Shown here piece after piece: positions 9,053-17,809 of a DNA stretch of 64,000 nt. This DNA is from an uncultured Gemmatimonadaceae bacterium (GTDB taxonomy: Bacteria; Gemmatimonadota; Gemmatimonadetes; Gemmatimonadales; Gemmatimonadaceae). The position numbers and the translations under genes were made by a program. How positions within the stretch are numbered: position 1 is the first letter of the stretch; each line of letters opens with the position of its first letter. The notes under the pieces are model-generated. The model had not been told where the DNA came from. It searched no databases and saw only the letters and a program-made list of their open reading frames with translations. The stretch lies in NCBI GenBank assembly GCA_963761305.1, contig CAVXGK010000001.1, positions 1,344,001 through 1,408,000 on the forward strand. Reading direction: 5' to 3'.

Positions 9053-12000
9053 GGAACGATCGACCCCGACTGTTGCGCCTTTAGAGATTGCCAATACTCG
9101 TCCATCTTGATGCGCGGAATGCCCTTGGTCATCCAGTCGGGCGCGGCGGTGCCCTTGAGGTAGTGGTCGAACCAGTCCTTCTGGCGCATGGCGTAGTCCT
9201 TCATGTTGATCGGCCGCGCGAGCCCGTGGTTTTCCCCGACGTACTCGAGCAGAATCACGTCCTTCTTGAGCTGCGCCAGCGTGTTGTAGTACGTGATTCC
9301 CTGGTTGAAGTCCACCGCGCCGTCCTTGTCGTCGGCGAGGATGATGAGCGGCGTCTTCACGTTTTGCGCGTGGAAGACCGGCGAGTTCCGCACGTACGCC
9401 TCGTAATTCTCGGCGACGTTGCCCTTGAAGCGACCCTGGCTGTCCTCGAAGATCGAGGCGTCAGAGTTGCCGGTGTTCCAGTACACGGACGCGTACATGC
9501 TCACCATGTTGGTGAGCGGCGCGCCGGCGATCGCCGCCTTGAAGATGTTCGTCTGCGTGACGAGGAAGGCGGTCTGATAGCCGCCCCACGAGTGGCCCCA
9601 CAGCCCGACGTTGGCCGAGTCGATCATGCCCGTGCCGATCGCCGCCTTCACGGCGGGAATCACGCACCACACCGCCGACATGCCGGGATCGTTGATCTTG
9701 TAGACGATGTCGGGGTCGAGCACGGCGTACCCGCGGCTCGTGTACAGGCTGCGGTTCGGCGTGCTCGTCTCACTCGGCGAGACGAACGTGTTGGCGAGGT
9801 TCGAGCGCTTCTCGTAGATCGTCACGAGCAGCGGATACTTCTTGCCCGGCTCGTAGTTCGCCGGCAGGTAGAGCGCGCCCTGCAGCTTGTCGCCCTTGGC
9901 GCTCGTGTAGTTGATGAGACGCACGCCGCTCGTCCAGGCAAACTCCTTCTGCTGCGGATTCGCGTCGGTGAGCTGGCGGCCATCCTTGAAATCGGTTCCG
10001 GCGACGTAGTAGTTCGGGAAATCACGCGACGACTGCTTGGTGTAGACGTACACGTCCGCGTCACGCGCTTTCTGGAAATCGAAGCTGGCGTCGTCCCAGA
10101 CGAGGGACTTCGCGCCCGGCGTACCCGGATCGACGCGCGAGAGGCCGGCCTTCTTCGTCCACTCGCCGTACGTGCCGACGTAGAGGGGTTGAGTAAGATC
10201 GATTCCGAGGCTCGCGCCGCCACCACCACCACGGCCGCCGCGGCCTCCGCGCCCGCCACCCGCGGTGACGCCGCGCTCGAACGGGTAGACCCGGTTGTAG
10301 CGGATCTGATCGCGCTTGCCGTTCACCGTGATGTTCACCGCCGTGCCGGTGCCGGTCGTCGGCACTTTCCAGATGTCCCAGCCGTCGGACAGCAGCACCG
10401 ACGCGCCATCACGCGTCCAACCGAACGGCGCGCGCGGCGGCGGCACGAGGTAATTGTGGTCGTCGTCGGTGTTGGAGAAGTTGACGGCGGTCGCCTTGGT
10501 GATGTTCCGCTTGGCGCCGGTCGCCAAGTCGAGCACCCAATAGTTGCCGTCGTCGCCCCAGTAGAGCTCTTCCTTTCCGTTCGGCGACGAAACGCGAACT
10601 CCCGGGCGGTGCTTCTTGAGCACCAGGTCGCGCTTGCCCGTGCGCAGGTCGACCGTGTAGTCGTCCTCGTACACGCGGCCGGTGTACGCCGACGGCTGCT
10701 CGTAGTCGCGGTTGTCCGTGCCGATCGCGAAGTGGTCGTGCGGCGACACCGTGACGCTGCGCAGCGCTTCGTCGGCCAACTGAACGAACTTGTCGTCGGC
10801 GAGCCGGTACTCGGCCAGGAACGTGAACGCGCGATCCTGCGTTTCTTGCACGATCTGCTGCGATTGGAGACGGGGATCTTTCTCGTTCCAGATGATGAGC
10901 GACGGATTCTCCTCCGTCGCCTCGTTCACGCGCGGCTGGTTGATGGTGCCGCCCATTCCCGGAGCACCGGCCTGGATCACGCCGCTTCCCCGTCCGGCGA
11001 GCAAGCGATCCGCCGCCTTCTTTCCTTCGCGAATCCCGAAATAGACGGCCGAGAGATCTTCGGCCAAACGCGGCGCACGTTCCACGGCGATCGCCATGTC
11101 TTTCGGGAAATCGGTGTGCTGCGTCGCGTCGAACACCATCTTCCTCGGCGCCGGCGCGGAGACGCTCGTGAACGCGACGACTGAGTAGTTCGTATCGCGC
11201 CCGGTGGAATCGACGCGGCCGCGGAGCACGGCGAGCGCGTCGACGCTGTCCGCCCACACAAGGTGGCGATACAGCGAGCGGTCTGAATCGATCGCACGCA
11301 CGACGTCCGTCTTCATGTTGCGCAGCTGGACGCCGTTTCCGATCTGGTCGCGCGCGTCGATCGTGTACGCCAGCCAATCACCCGTGTCGTCGAACCCGAA
11401 CTCGGCGACGTTGCCGACGTTCACCGCTTCACCGCTCGCCAGGTTGTAGAGCAGAAGATCGGTACCCTCGGCGCGGCCGGCAGCCGCGGCGCCGCCCGCT
11501 CCTCCGCCGCCGCGTGCACCCGTCGCCGGCGCGGTGCCCGTCGTCGCGGCGGGTGTTTCCGCCGGGGCTTGAATCGCGAGCCACGTTGGCTTGTCGCCGT
11601 CGAACGCGTACCGGCGCACGCGATCGAATTCTTTCTTCTCGCCTGTGGCCAGATTCACGACTGCGAGCTTGTTCTGCGGCGCCGGCGTTTGCGTCGCCGC
11701 GTCCGTCGTTGGGGCGCCGCCGCCTCTGCCACCGCGGCCCGCCCCACCGGCGCGGCCACCGCGACCCGTGGTCGACGGCGGATAGACCATGAACGCGACC
11801 CAACGCGAGTCGGCGCTGATCGAGAGCGGTCCACCGCCGGCATCGGGTGCGGGGCCACCACGGCCACCCCCACCGCCGCCTCGACCGCCGGCGTCGGAGC
11901 TACCGATCGGGAATTTCCATTCCTTGTTGTCGGCGCCCGTCGAACGGATGATCACATTCGCGTCGCCTTCATTGGGGGCGAGCACGTACGCGAACCACTT

Positions 12001-12168
12001 GCCGTCGTTGGACAGCACGGACTGGCGAATGGTCTTCCAGGCCTTGAGGTCCGCCGGCTGCAGTTGCTTGGTCGGACCCGCGGCAGGCGCGGATGCAGGT
12101 GCTGTTTGCTGGGCCGCGGCGAGCGACGCGCCACCCAGCGACAGGGCGAGAACGGTAGCGAAACGCAT
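9049..12168 (-). CDS. Secreted S9 family (prolyl oligopeptidase / acylaminoacyl peptidase-like) peptidase
   Basis: Signal peptide MRFATVLALSLGGASLAAA; GHSWGGY nucleophile; DGAV Asp; ENHGL His; large N-terminal propeller-like region. Confidence 0.9.
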   Translation of the reverse strand: MRFATVLALSLGGASLAAAQQTAPASAPAAGPTKQLQPADLKAWKTIRQSVLSNDGKWFAYVLAPNEGDANVIIRSTGADNKEWKFPIGSSDAGGRGGGGGGRGGPAPDAGGGPLSISADSRWVAFMVYPPSTTGRGGRAGGAGRGGRGGGAPTTDAATQTPAPQNKLAVVNLATGEKKEFDRVRRYAFDGDKPTWLAIQAPAETPAATTGTAPATGARGGGGAGGAAAAGRAEGTDLLLYNLASGEAVNVGNVAEFGFDDTGDWLAYTIDARDQIGNGVQLRNMKTDVVRAIDSDRSLYRHLVWADSVDALAVLRGRVDSTGRDTNYSVVAFTSVSAPAPRKMVFDATQHTDFPKDMAIAVERAPRLAEDLSAVYFGIREGKKAADRLLAGRGSGVIQAGAPGMGGTINQPRVNEATEENPSLIIWNEKDPRLQSQQIVQETQDRAFTFLAEYRLADDKFVQLADEALRSVTVSPHDHFAIGTDNRDYEQPSAYTGRVYEDDYTVDLRTGKRDLVLKKHRPGVRVSSPNGKEELYWGDDGNYWVLDLATGAKRNITKATAVNFSNTDDDHNYLVPPPRAPFGWTRDGASVLLSDGWDIWKVPTTGTGTAVNITVNGKRDQIRYNRVYPFERGVTAGGGRGGRGGRGGGGGASLGIDLTQPLYVGTYGEWTKKAGLSRVDPGTPGAKSLVWDDASFDFQKARDADVYVYTKQSSRDFPNYYVAGTDFKDGRQLTDANPQQKEFAWTSGVRLINYTSAKGDKLQGALYLPANYEPGKKYPLLVTIYEKRSNLANTFVSPSETSTPNRSLYTSRGYAVLDPDIVYKINDPGMSAVWCVIPAVKAAIGTGMIDSANVGLWGHSWGGYQTAFLVTQTNIFKAAIAGAPLTNMVSMYASVYWNTGNSDASIFEDSQGRFKGNVAENYEAYVRNSPVFHAQNVKTPLIILADDKDGAVDFNQGITYYNTLAQLKKDVILLEYVGENHGLARPINMKDYAMRQKDWFDHYLKGTAAPDWMTKGIPRIKMDEYWQSLKAQQSGSIVP

Positions 12169-12226
12169 AAGGACTCCGGGGAGAGTCGGGTCGAAAGAAG
12201 CTACGGGTAGGGCCGGGACATTGCCA

Positions 12227-12249
12227 ACTACATCCGCTACGGATATAGT
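12227..12249. promoter_or_regulatory. Inverted repeat, candidate PadR operator
   Basis: ACTACATCCG-CTA-CGGATATAGT (9/10 complementary arms) just upstream of the padR ATG, between divergent genes. Confidence 0.6.
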
Positions 12250-12255
12250 GTGGCC

Positions 12256-12615
12256 ATGAACCGACGAGAGAACGTCGCGCAGACGCCGCTGACTCCCGCC
12301 GTGCTCCACATCCTCCTCGCCCTGGCCGAGGGCGAGCGGCATGGGTACGCGATCGCGCAGGAGATCGAGGAGGTGACGGACGGCGACGTACGCATGGGGC
12401 CGGGTACGCTCTACGGGTCCATTCGCCGCATGCTCGTCGCCGGACTCATCGACGAAGCGCCGCGGCGAAAGCGTCCCGACGACGACGAACGGCGTCGCTA
12501 CTACCGATTGACCGCCGTCGGCCGCCGTTTGCTCGAGGCCGAGCTGTCGAGGCTGACGCGGGTCGTCCGAGTGGCGCGCGGCAAACGGCTGTTGCGCGAT
12601 CCGGGGGTCGCGTGA
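12256..12615 (+). CDS. PadR family transcriptional regulator
   Basis: HILLALAEGERHGYAI, GPGTLYGSIRRM, RRRYYRLTAVG winged-helix motifs. Confidence 0.92.
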   Translation: MNRRENVAQTPLTPAVLHILLALAEGERHGYAIAQEIEEVTDGDVRMGPGTLYGSIRRMLVAGLIDEAPRRKRPDDDERRRYYRLTAVGRRLLEAELSRLTRVVRVARGKRLLRDPGVA

Positions 12616-15269
12616 GCCGACCGTCGTACGTCGAACGCATTTATCGCGGTGCGCTGGAATTCCTCCCCATCGACTTCCGCGAGCGCTTCGGCGAGGAGAT
12701 GGTCGAGCTGGCCGCCGAACGCCTTCGCGCCGCTCGCCGTTCGGGGATGCTGGCGTACGGGCGAGAGGCCCTGACCCTCCTCACCGATCTCGCGGCGACG
12801 ATTCCGCGCGAGCGGTTCGCCGAACGAACCGTGGATCCCCACGCACGACCCGAGGACACCATGGACATCCTCTTTCAAGATCTTCGATTCGCGGCCCGCG
12901 GCCTGATGCGGCGGCCGGCGTTCGCCGTCGTCGCGGCGGCCACGATCGCGCTCGGCATCGGCGCCAACGCGGCCATCTTTTCGGTCGTCGACGCGGTGCT
13001 CATTCGCCCGCTGCCGTACGACCAACCCGATCGCCTCACGCTCGTTTGGGGAACGCAGGGCGCGCAGCCGAACCAGGGCGTCGTCTACGCGGACTACGTC
13101 GATTGGCGGCGACTCAACCACACGTTCGCCGACCTCGGCGCGTTCCGCGGCCAGAGCGTGAACCTCACGGGGAGCGACACGCCCGATCGTCTCGTCGGCG
13201 CGTTCGTCGACGCGGGCTTCCTGCGCGCCGTCGGCGCCAAGCTCGAGCGCGGGCGGCTGTTCTCGGAGACGGAGACCGAGGTCGCGACCAAGTCGCCGGC
13301 GGTCATCATCTCGCACGAGACGTGGGTGACGCGATTTGGATCCGATCCCGCGATGCTCGGCAAGCCGCTCACGATCAACGGCACCATGTTCACCGTCGTC
13401 GGCATCACTGTACCCAACATGCCGATGCCTCTCTTCGCACCCGGCCCAGACGTGTTGATGCCGATCGGATACTACCCCAACGCGCACGGGCTCGATCGCG
13501 GCACGCGCGGCATCAGCGTCGCCGGGCGGCTCAAGCCGGGCATCACCGTCGCCGCGGCGGATCTCGATCTCAAGGCGATCGAGCACCAGTTGGCCGCCGC
13601 GTATCCGACGAGCAACGCCGGCACGAGCGCCGACGTCTTCGCGCTCAAGGAGTTCGGCGTCGCACAATCGCGGCCGCGTCTCCTGCTCATGCTCGTGGCC
13701 GCGCTGGTCGTGCTGCTCATCGCCTGCGCGAACGTCGCCAACCTGCAGCTCGCGCGTGGCGCGTCGAGAACGCGCGAGATGTCGGTGCGTGCGGCGCTCG
13801 GCGCCGGACGATCGCGCATGGCGCGTCAACTGTTGACCGAGAGCGTCGTACTGTCGCTCGTCGGTGGCGCACTCGGCCTGGCCGTCGCTTTCGGCCTCAC
13901 CAAAATTCTCGTCTCGTTGATCGGCTCGCAGCTGCCGATCGACCAGCGCACCATTTCCGTCGACGCGCGAGTCGTGGTCTTCGCGCTGGCCGTCTCGTTC
14001 GCCTGCGGCATTTTGTTCGGCCTCGTGCCGGCGTGGAAAGCGTCGCGCACCGATCTCACCGGCATGTTGCGCTCGCGCATTTCCGCCGGGCTGGGTCACG
14101 TGTCCACGCGCAACGCGCTGGTCGTCGTGCAGCTCGCGCTGTCGCTCGCGCTGCTCGCGTCGGCCGGACTGCTCACGCGTTCGCTGCTCGCGCTGCAACG
14201 CGTGAATCCCGGCTTCGACGGCGACCGACTGCTCACCGCGCAGTTCCGCCTGCCCGCCGGCAAATACGACACGCCGGAAAAGATCTGGACGATGTTCGAT
14301 CGCACGGTGCACGAACTGCGATCGCTGCCCGGCGTCGAATCGGCGGCGCTCGTCCGCGCGTCGCCGCTGAGCGGCAACGGCGAGATCTATCCCGCCGCCA
14401 TCGAAGGCCGCACGCAAGTCGCGGCAAGCGAAGCGCAGCAGGTGCAGGTGAACAGCGTCACGACGGACTATTTCGGCACGATGCGCATCCCGGTGCTCGC
14501 CGGACGCGACGTCGCGGAGGCAGATCGCGCCGGCGCGCTGCCGGTCGTGGTCGTGAACAAGGCGTTCGCCCAACAGACGTGGCCTGGCCAGTCGGCGATC
14601 GGCAAGCGCGTGAAGCTCGGCGACGACCACTGGCGAACGATTGTCGGCGTCGTCGCCGACGCGCGTCAGTACACGCTCGACGAGACGCCGCTGCTGCAAG
14701 CCTACATTCCCCACGCGCAGCGCCCCCAGATCTTCACGAGCATCGTCGTGCGCACGAAAGGCGATCCGCACGCGGCGACGGCATCGGTGCGTCAGGCACT
14801 GTGGCGCGTGGACAAGGATCAGCCGATCTGGCGATTCCGTTCGATGGAAGAGGATCTCGCCGCTGTGACGACCTCACCGCGCGTGATGATGTGGCTCATG
14901 GGGATCTTCTCGCTCGTCGCGGTGCTGGTCGCCGTGGTCGGGATCTACGGCGTGCTGAGCTACACGATGAGCCAGCGCACGCAAGAGATCGGCATTCGCA
15001 TCGCGCTCGGCGCCGACGCGCGACGGGTACGGCGGATGGTGGTGGCCGAGGGCGCGCGGCTTGTCGGCGTCGCGGTGGCGATCGGGCTGGTCGGGTCGTT
15101 GGCGGCGACGCGGCTCTTGAGAAGCCAGCTGTTCGGCGTCGAGCCGCACGACGCGGTCACGTTCGTGGCCGTGACCGCGATGCTGGGGGGCGTGGCGATT
15201 CTGGCGTGCTACATCCCGGCGCGACGGGCGAGTCGGGTGGATCCGATGGACGCGCTTCGGACGGACTAG
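12612..15269 (+). CDS. ADOP-type duplicated MacB/FtsX-like ABC permease
   Basis: QDLRFAARGL, ALGIGANAAIFSVV, LLIACANVANL, REMSVRAALGAGR, QEIGIRIALGA, PARRASRVDPM; GTGA overlap with padR. Confidence 0.92.
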   Translation: MSRPSYVERIYRGALEFLPIDFRERFGEEMVELAAERLRAARRSGMLAYGREALTLLTDLAATIPRERFAERTVDPHARPEDTMDILFQDLRFAARGLMRRPAFAVVAAATIALGIGANAAIFSVVDAVLIRPLPYDQPDRLTLVWGTQGAQPNQGVVYADYVDWRRLNHTFADLGAFRGQSVNLTGSDTPDRLVGAFVDAGFLRAVGAKLERGRLFSETETEVATKSPAVIISHETWVTRFGSDPAMLGKPLTINGTMFTVVGITVPNMPMPLFAPGPDVLMPIGYYPNAHGLDRGTRGISVAGRLKPGITVAAADLDLKAIEHQLAAAYPTSNAGTSADVFALKEFGVAQSRPRLLLMLVAALVVLLIACANVANLQLARGASRTREMSVRAALGAGRSRMARQLLTESVVLSLVGGALGLAVAFGLTKILVSLIGSQLPIDQRTISVDARVVVFALAVSFACGILFGLVPAWKASRTDLTGMLRSRISAGLGHVSTRNALVVVQLALSLALLASAGLLTRSLLALQRVNPGFDGDRLLTAQFRLPAGKYDTPEKIWTMFDRTVHELRSLPGVESAALVRASPLSGNGEIYPAAIEGRTQVAASEAQQVQVNSVTTDYFGTMRIPVLAGRDVAEADRAGALPVVVVNKAFAQQTWPGQSAIGKRVKLGDDHWRTIVGVVADARQYTLDETPLLQAYIPHAQRPQIFTSIVVRTKGDPHAATASVRQALWRVDKDQPIWRFRSMEEDLAAVTTSPRVMMWLMGIFSLVAVLVAVVGIYGVLSYTMSQRTQEIGIRIALGADARRVRRMVVAEGARLVGVAVAIGLVGSLAATRLLRSQLFGVEPHDAVTFVAVTAMLGGVAILACYIPARRASRVDPMDALRTD

Positions 15270-15273
15270 TCGC

Positions 15274-15658
15274 GAATGGTCATCGTTAGCGTTTGCACCG
15301 CAGCACCAGCTTCTACGACAAAGGAACAGAAACGGATTCGGCGGATTGGACGGAATTCCGCGGCTACAATTTTACGGTTTATCCGCGGAATTCCGTGAAG
15401 TCCGCGAAAATCCGCGTTTCCTTTGTCATCGAGCCCGAACGGGTCGGCGTAGAGCTCACGCTTCGTGAGCAGCGGGAGGGCGAGGGGAATGGTCCTCGTT
15501 AGCGTTTGTACTGCAGCACCGCCATCTACGACAGAGGAAAAGAAACGGATTTCGCGGATTGGGCGGAATTCCGCTGCTACAACTTTACGGTTTATCCGCG
15601 GAATTCCGTGAAATCCGCGAAAATCCGCATTCCCTTTTTCATCGAACCCGAACGGGTC
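15274..15658. repeat. Two direct copies (15274-15445, 15487-15658; period 213 bp) of a 172-bp palindromic element
   Basis: Both copies start GAATGGTC.TCGTTAGCGTTTG and end CCCGAACGGGTC; each has a long imperfect inverted repeat around CGGAATTCCG motifs. Confidence 0.9.
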
Positions 15659-15672
15659 CGGGGGGGCCAAGG

Positions 15673-16927
15673 CTAGTCGGCGGCGACGGCCGCCACCTCG
15701 CCGAACTCCACCCCGTGCTTCTCCTTGCCCGCCCACGCCGCGATCGCGCCGAGCGTGAAGACCGTGGCGGCCGTGAGCGCCATCGCCGTGGCGTACGTCA
15801 TGTGGTCGGCGAAGATCGCTTCGATGTAGGCAACGGTCCCCGCCACCGCGACGCCGCACTGATAGGCGAAGCCGGGCAGGAATCCGCGAACGCCATCCGG
15901 CGCGAGCTCGTTGATGTGCGCCGGAATCACGCCCCACGCGCCCTGCACCATGAACTGCATCGTGAATCCGCCAATCACGAGGAGCGGCACGGTTTTCGAG
16001 AACGCCCAGAGCGGAATCACGACGACCGCGAGTACCAGCGCGCTGACGATCGCGCGCCGCCGCCCGACGCGGTCAGAGTAGAGGCCGAACAGAATGCCGC
16101 CCGTGATCGCGCCGGCGTTGGCGATCGCCGTTATCATGGCGATCCGCTGCGGCGTGAAATTCCAGTCGCGCTTGAGGAACGTCGGGTACATGTCCTGCGT
16201 GCCGTGGGAGACGAAGTTCATCATCATCATCAGCACGAACAGGTACAGAAACAGCGGCGAGGTGCGACACGAGTCCTCGGCCGTACGCACCCCAGTCGCG
16301 ATGCCGCGTCCGCTCCCAGACCTCCGATTCCTTGACGAACGATCGCACGTAGATCGCGAGGAGCGCCGGGATGCCGCCGATGAAGAACATCGGACGCCAA
16401 CCCCAGCGCGGAAACACGAACAGGAAGCACAGCGCGGCGAGCAGATTTCCGCACGCGTAGCCTTCCTGCAGGAATCCCGAGAGCACTCCGCGCCGGTTGC
16501 GCGGCGCCTTCTCCATCGCCAGCGACGCGCCGACGCCCCATTCGCCGCCCATGCCGATGCCGAACAGCGCGCGCAGCACGAGGAACGCCGCGTACGAGTG
16601 CACGAGTCCGGTCGCGACCTCGACGATCGAGTAGAACACGAGGTCGATCATGAGCGGGATCTTGCGACCGTAGCGATCCGCCAGGAGGCCGAAGATGAAC
16701 GCGCCGACCGGACGGAAGGCGAGCGTGATCGTCAACGACAGCGCGATCGCCTTGTCGGGGCGGCCGAATTCCTTGGCGATCGCCGTCAGCGCGAACGTGA
16801 CGAGAAAGAAGTCGAACGCATCGAGCGTCCAGCCGAGGAAGCTCGCGATCACCGCGGCGCGATGGCCGGTGACTGCCGGCGCCGCGTAGACCGAGGACTT
16901 GGGCGCGGAGGTGGTCGGGGCGGTCAT
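15673..16927 (-). pseudogene. SHS-family MFS transporter (NanT/JEN1-like carboxylate transporter) split by a frameshift near 16260
   Basis: N-half (ORF 16073..16927): GWTLDAFDFF, DRYGRK, GMGGEWG. C-half (ORF 15673..16290): SHGTQDMYPTFL, QGAWGVIPAHINEL. Junction CAC CTC G CCG CTG has one extra base; could be a sequencing error. Confidence 0.8.
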
Positions 16928-17039
16928 GTCTCGAGACTGGGTTCAGCGGGAGGAGGGGCCTGAAATGCCACGAGGGCGATGCCCAAGATGTCACCTGGGG
17001 CACCGCCCTCGCCAGCGCTTGCTCGCGCGCGTGACAGCG

Positions 17040-17723
17040 TTACATCGCGCCCGATTTTACCGTGAAGTTGGCGACGTGCACGCTGAGCATGTGATTCACA
17101 CGCACGCCCACCTGGCCGCTCTCGTCGGCGGTCATACCGCCGCGCGCGATCGCCTGGACCTGCGTGTTGTTCACGAAGAAACGCACCGAGTCCTTCGCCA
17201 CCTTGATCGCGAGATCGTTCGTGGCGTTCGGCATGTCGTCGAACTTGTGAATCGCCGCGTTGGCGGTCCACGGAGCGAGGCTGTGCACCGGATCCGGGCC
17301 GGCGCGATGGCTGATCATGAACTTTCCGTCCTGACGCACCAAGAAGTAGAGATATGTCTCCTTCGCCGCGTCATTCAGGTCGCGTCCAGCGACGAACAGG
17401 CCGAACGCTTCGCCGGCATCGCCGTGCCCCGTGTTCTTCACCGCTTGGCGGAAGTTCGCCGAGACGGTGTAGTTGTCCTTCTGCGCGTCGGCCGCGCGCC
17501 AATAGATCCCCGCGCCGCCGGACGTGACGTGGAAGCCAGGACCCATCGTCTCGAACTTCGCGCTCTTCGTCGCGTCCTTGTCGTCGAGCCGCATCGACCA
17601 GCCCGCCGGCATCGGCGCGGCTGCGACCGCTGTCGTCGGATCCTTCGCCTGCTGCGTCTGCGCCGCCAGCGGCGCCACGGCCGCCAACGCCAGCACGCCC
17701 GTCAAAGTCATCGTGATTCGCAT
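17040..17723 (-). CDS. Secreted hypothetical protein, beta-rich
   Basis: ATG 17723 with GAGGGGG RBS; signal peptide MRITMTLTGVLALAAVAPLAA. Confidence 0.75.
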   Translation of the reverse strand: MRITMTLTGVLALAAVAPLAAQTQQAKDPTTAVAAAPMPAGWSMRLDDKDATKSAKFETMGPGFHVTSGGAGIYWRAADAQKDNYTVSANFRQAVKNTGHGDAGEAFGLFVAGRDLNDAAKETYLYFLVRQDGKFMISHRAGPDPVHSLAPWTANAAIHKFDDMPNATNDLAIKVAKDSVRFFVNNTQVQAIARGGMTADESGQVGVRVNHMLSVHVANFTVKSGAM

Positions 17724-17809
17724 CGTGCCCCCTCGCCTCGAATGAGTTGTTCTCGTGATCGACCGAATATGACGGACCCCACCGTCCGCCGCCATGTCAC
17801 GCATCACCC

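Noticed and set aside
15266..15672. ORFs across the duplicated palindromic element (15266..15937 -, 15293..15502 +), or a mini-CRISPR
   Set aside because: Translations only mirror the DNA repeat; two 172-bp units do not fit CRISPR geometry
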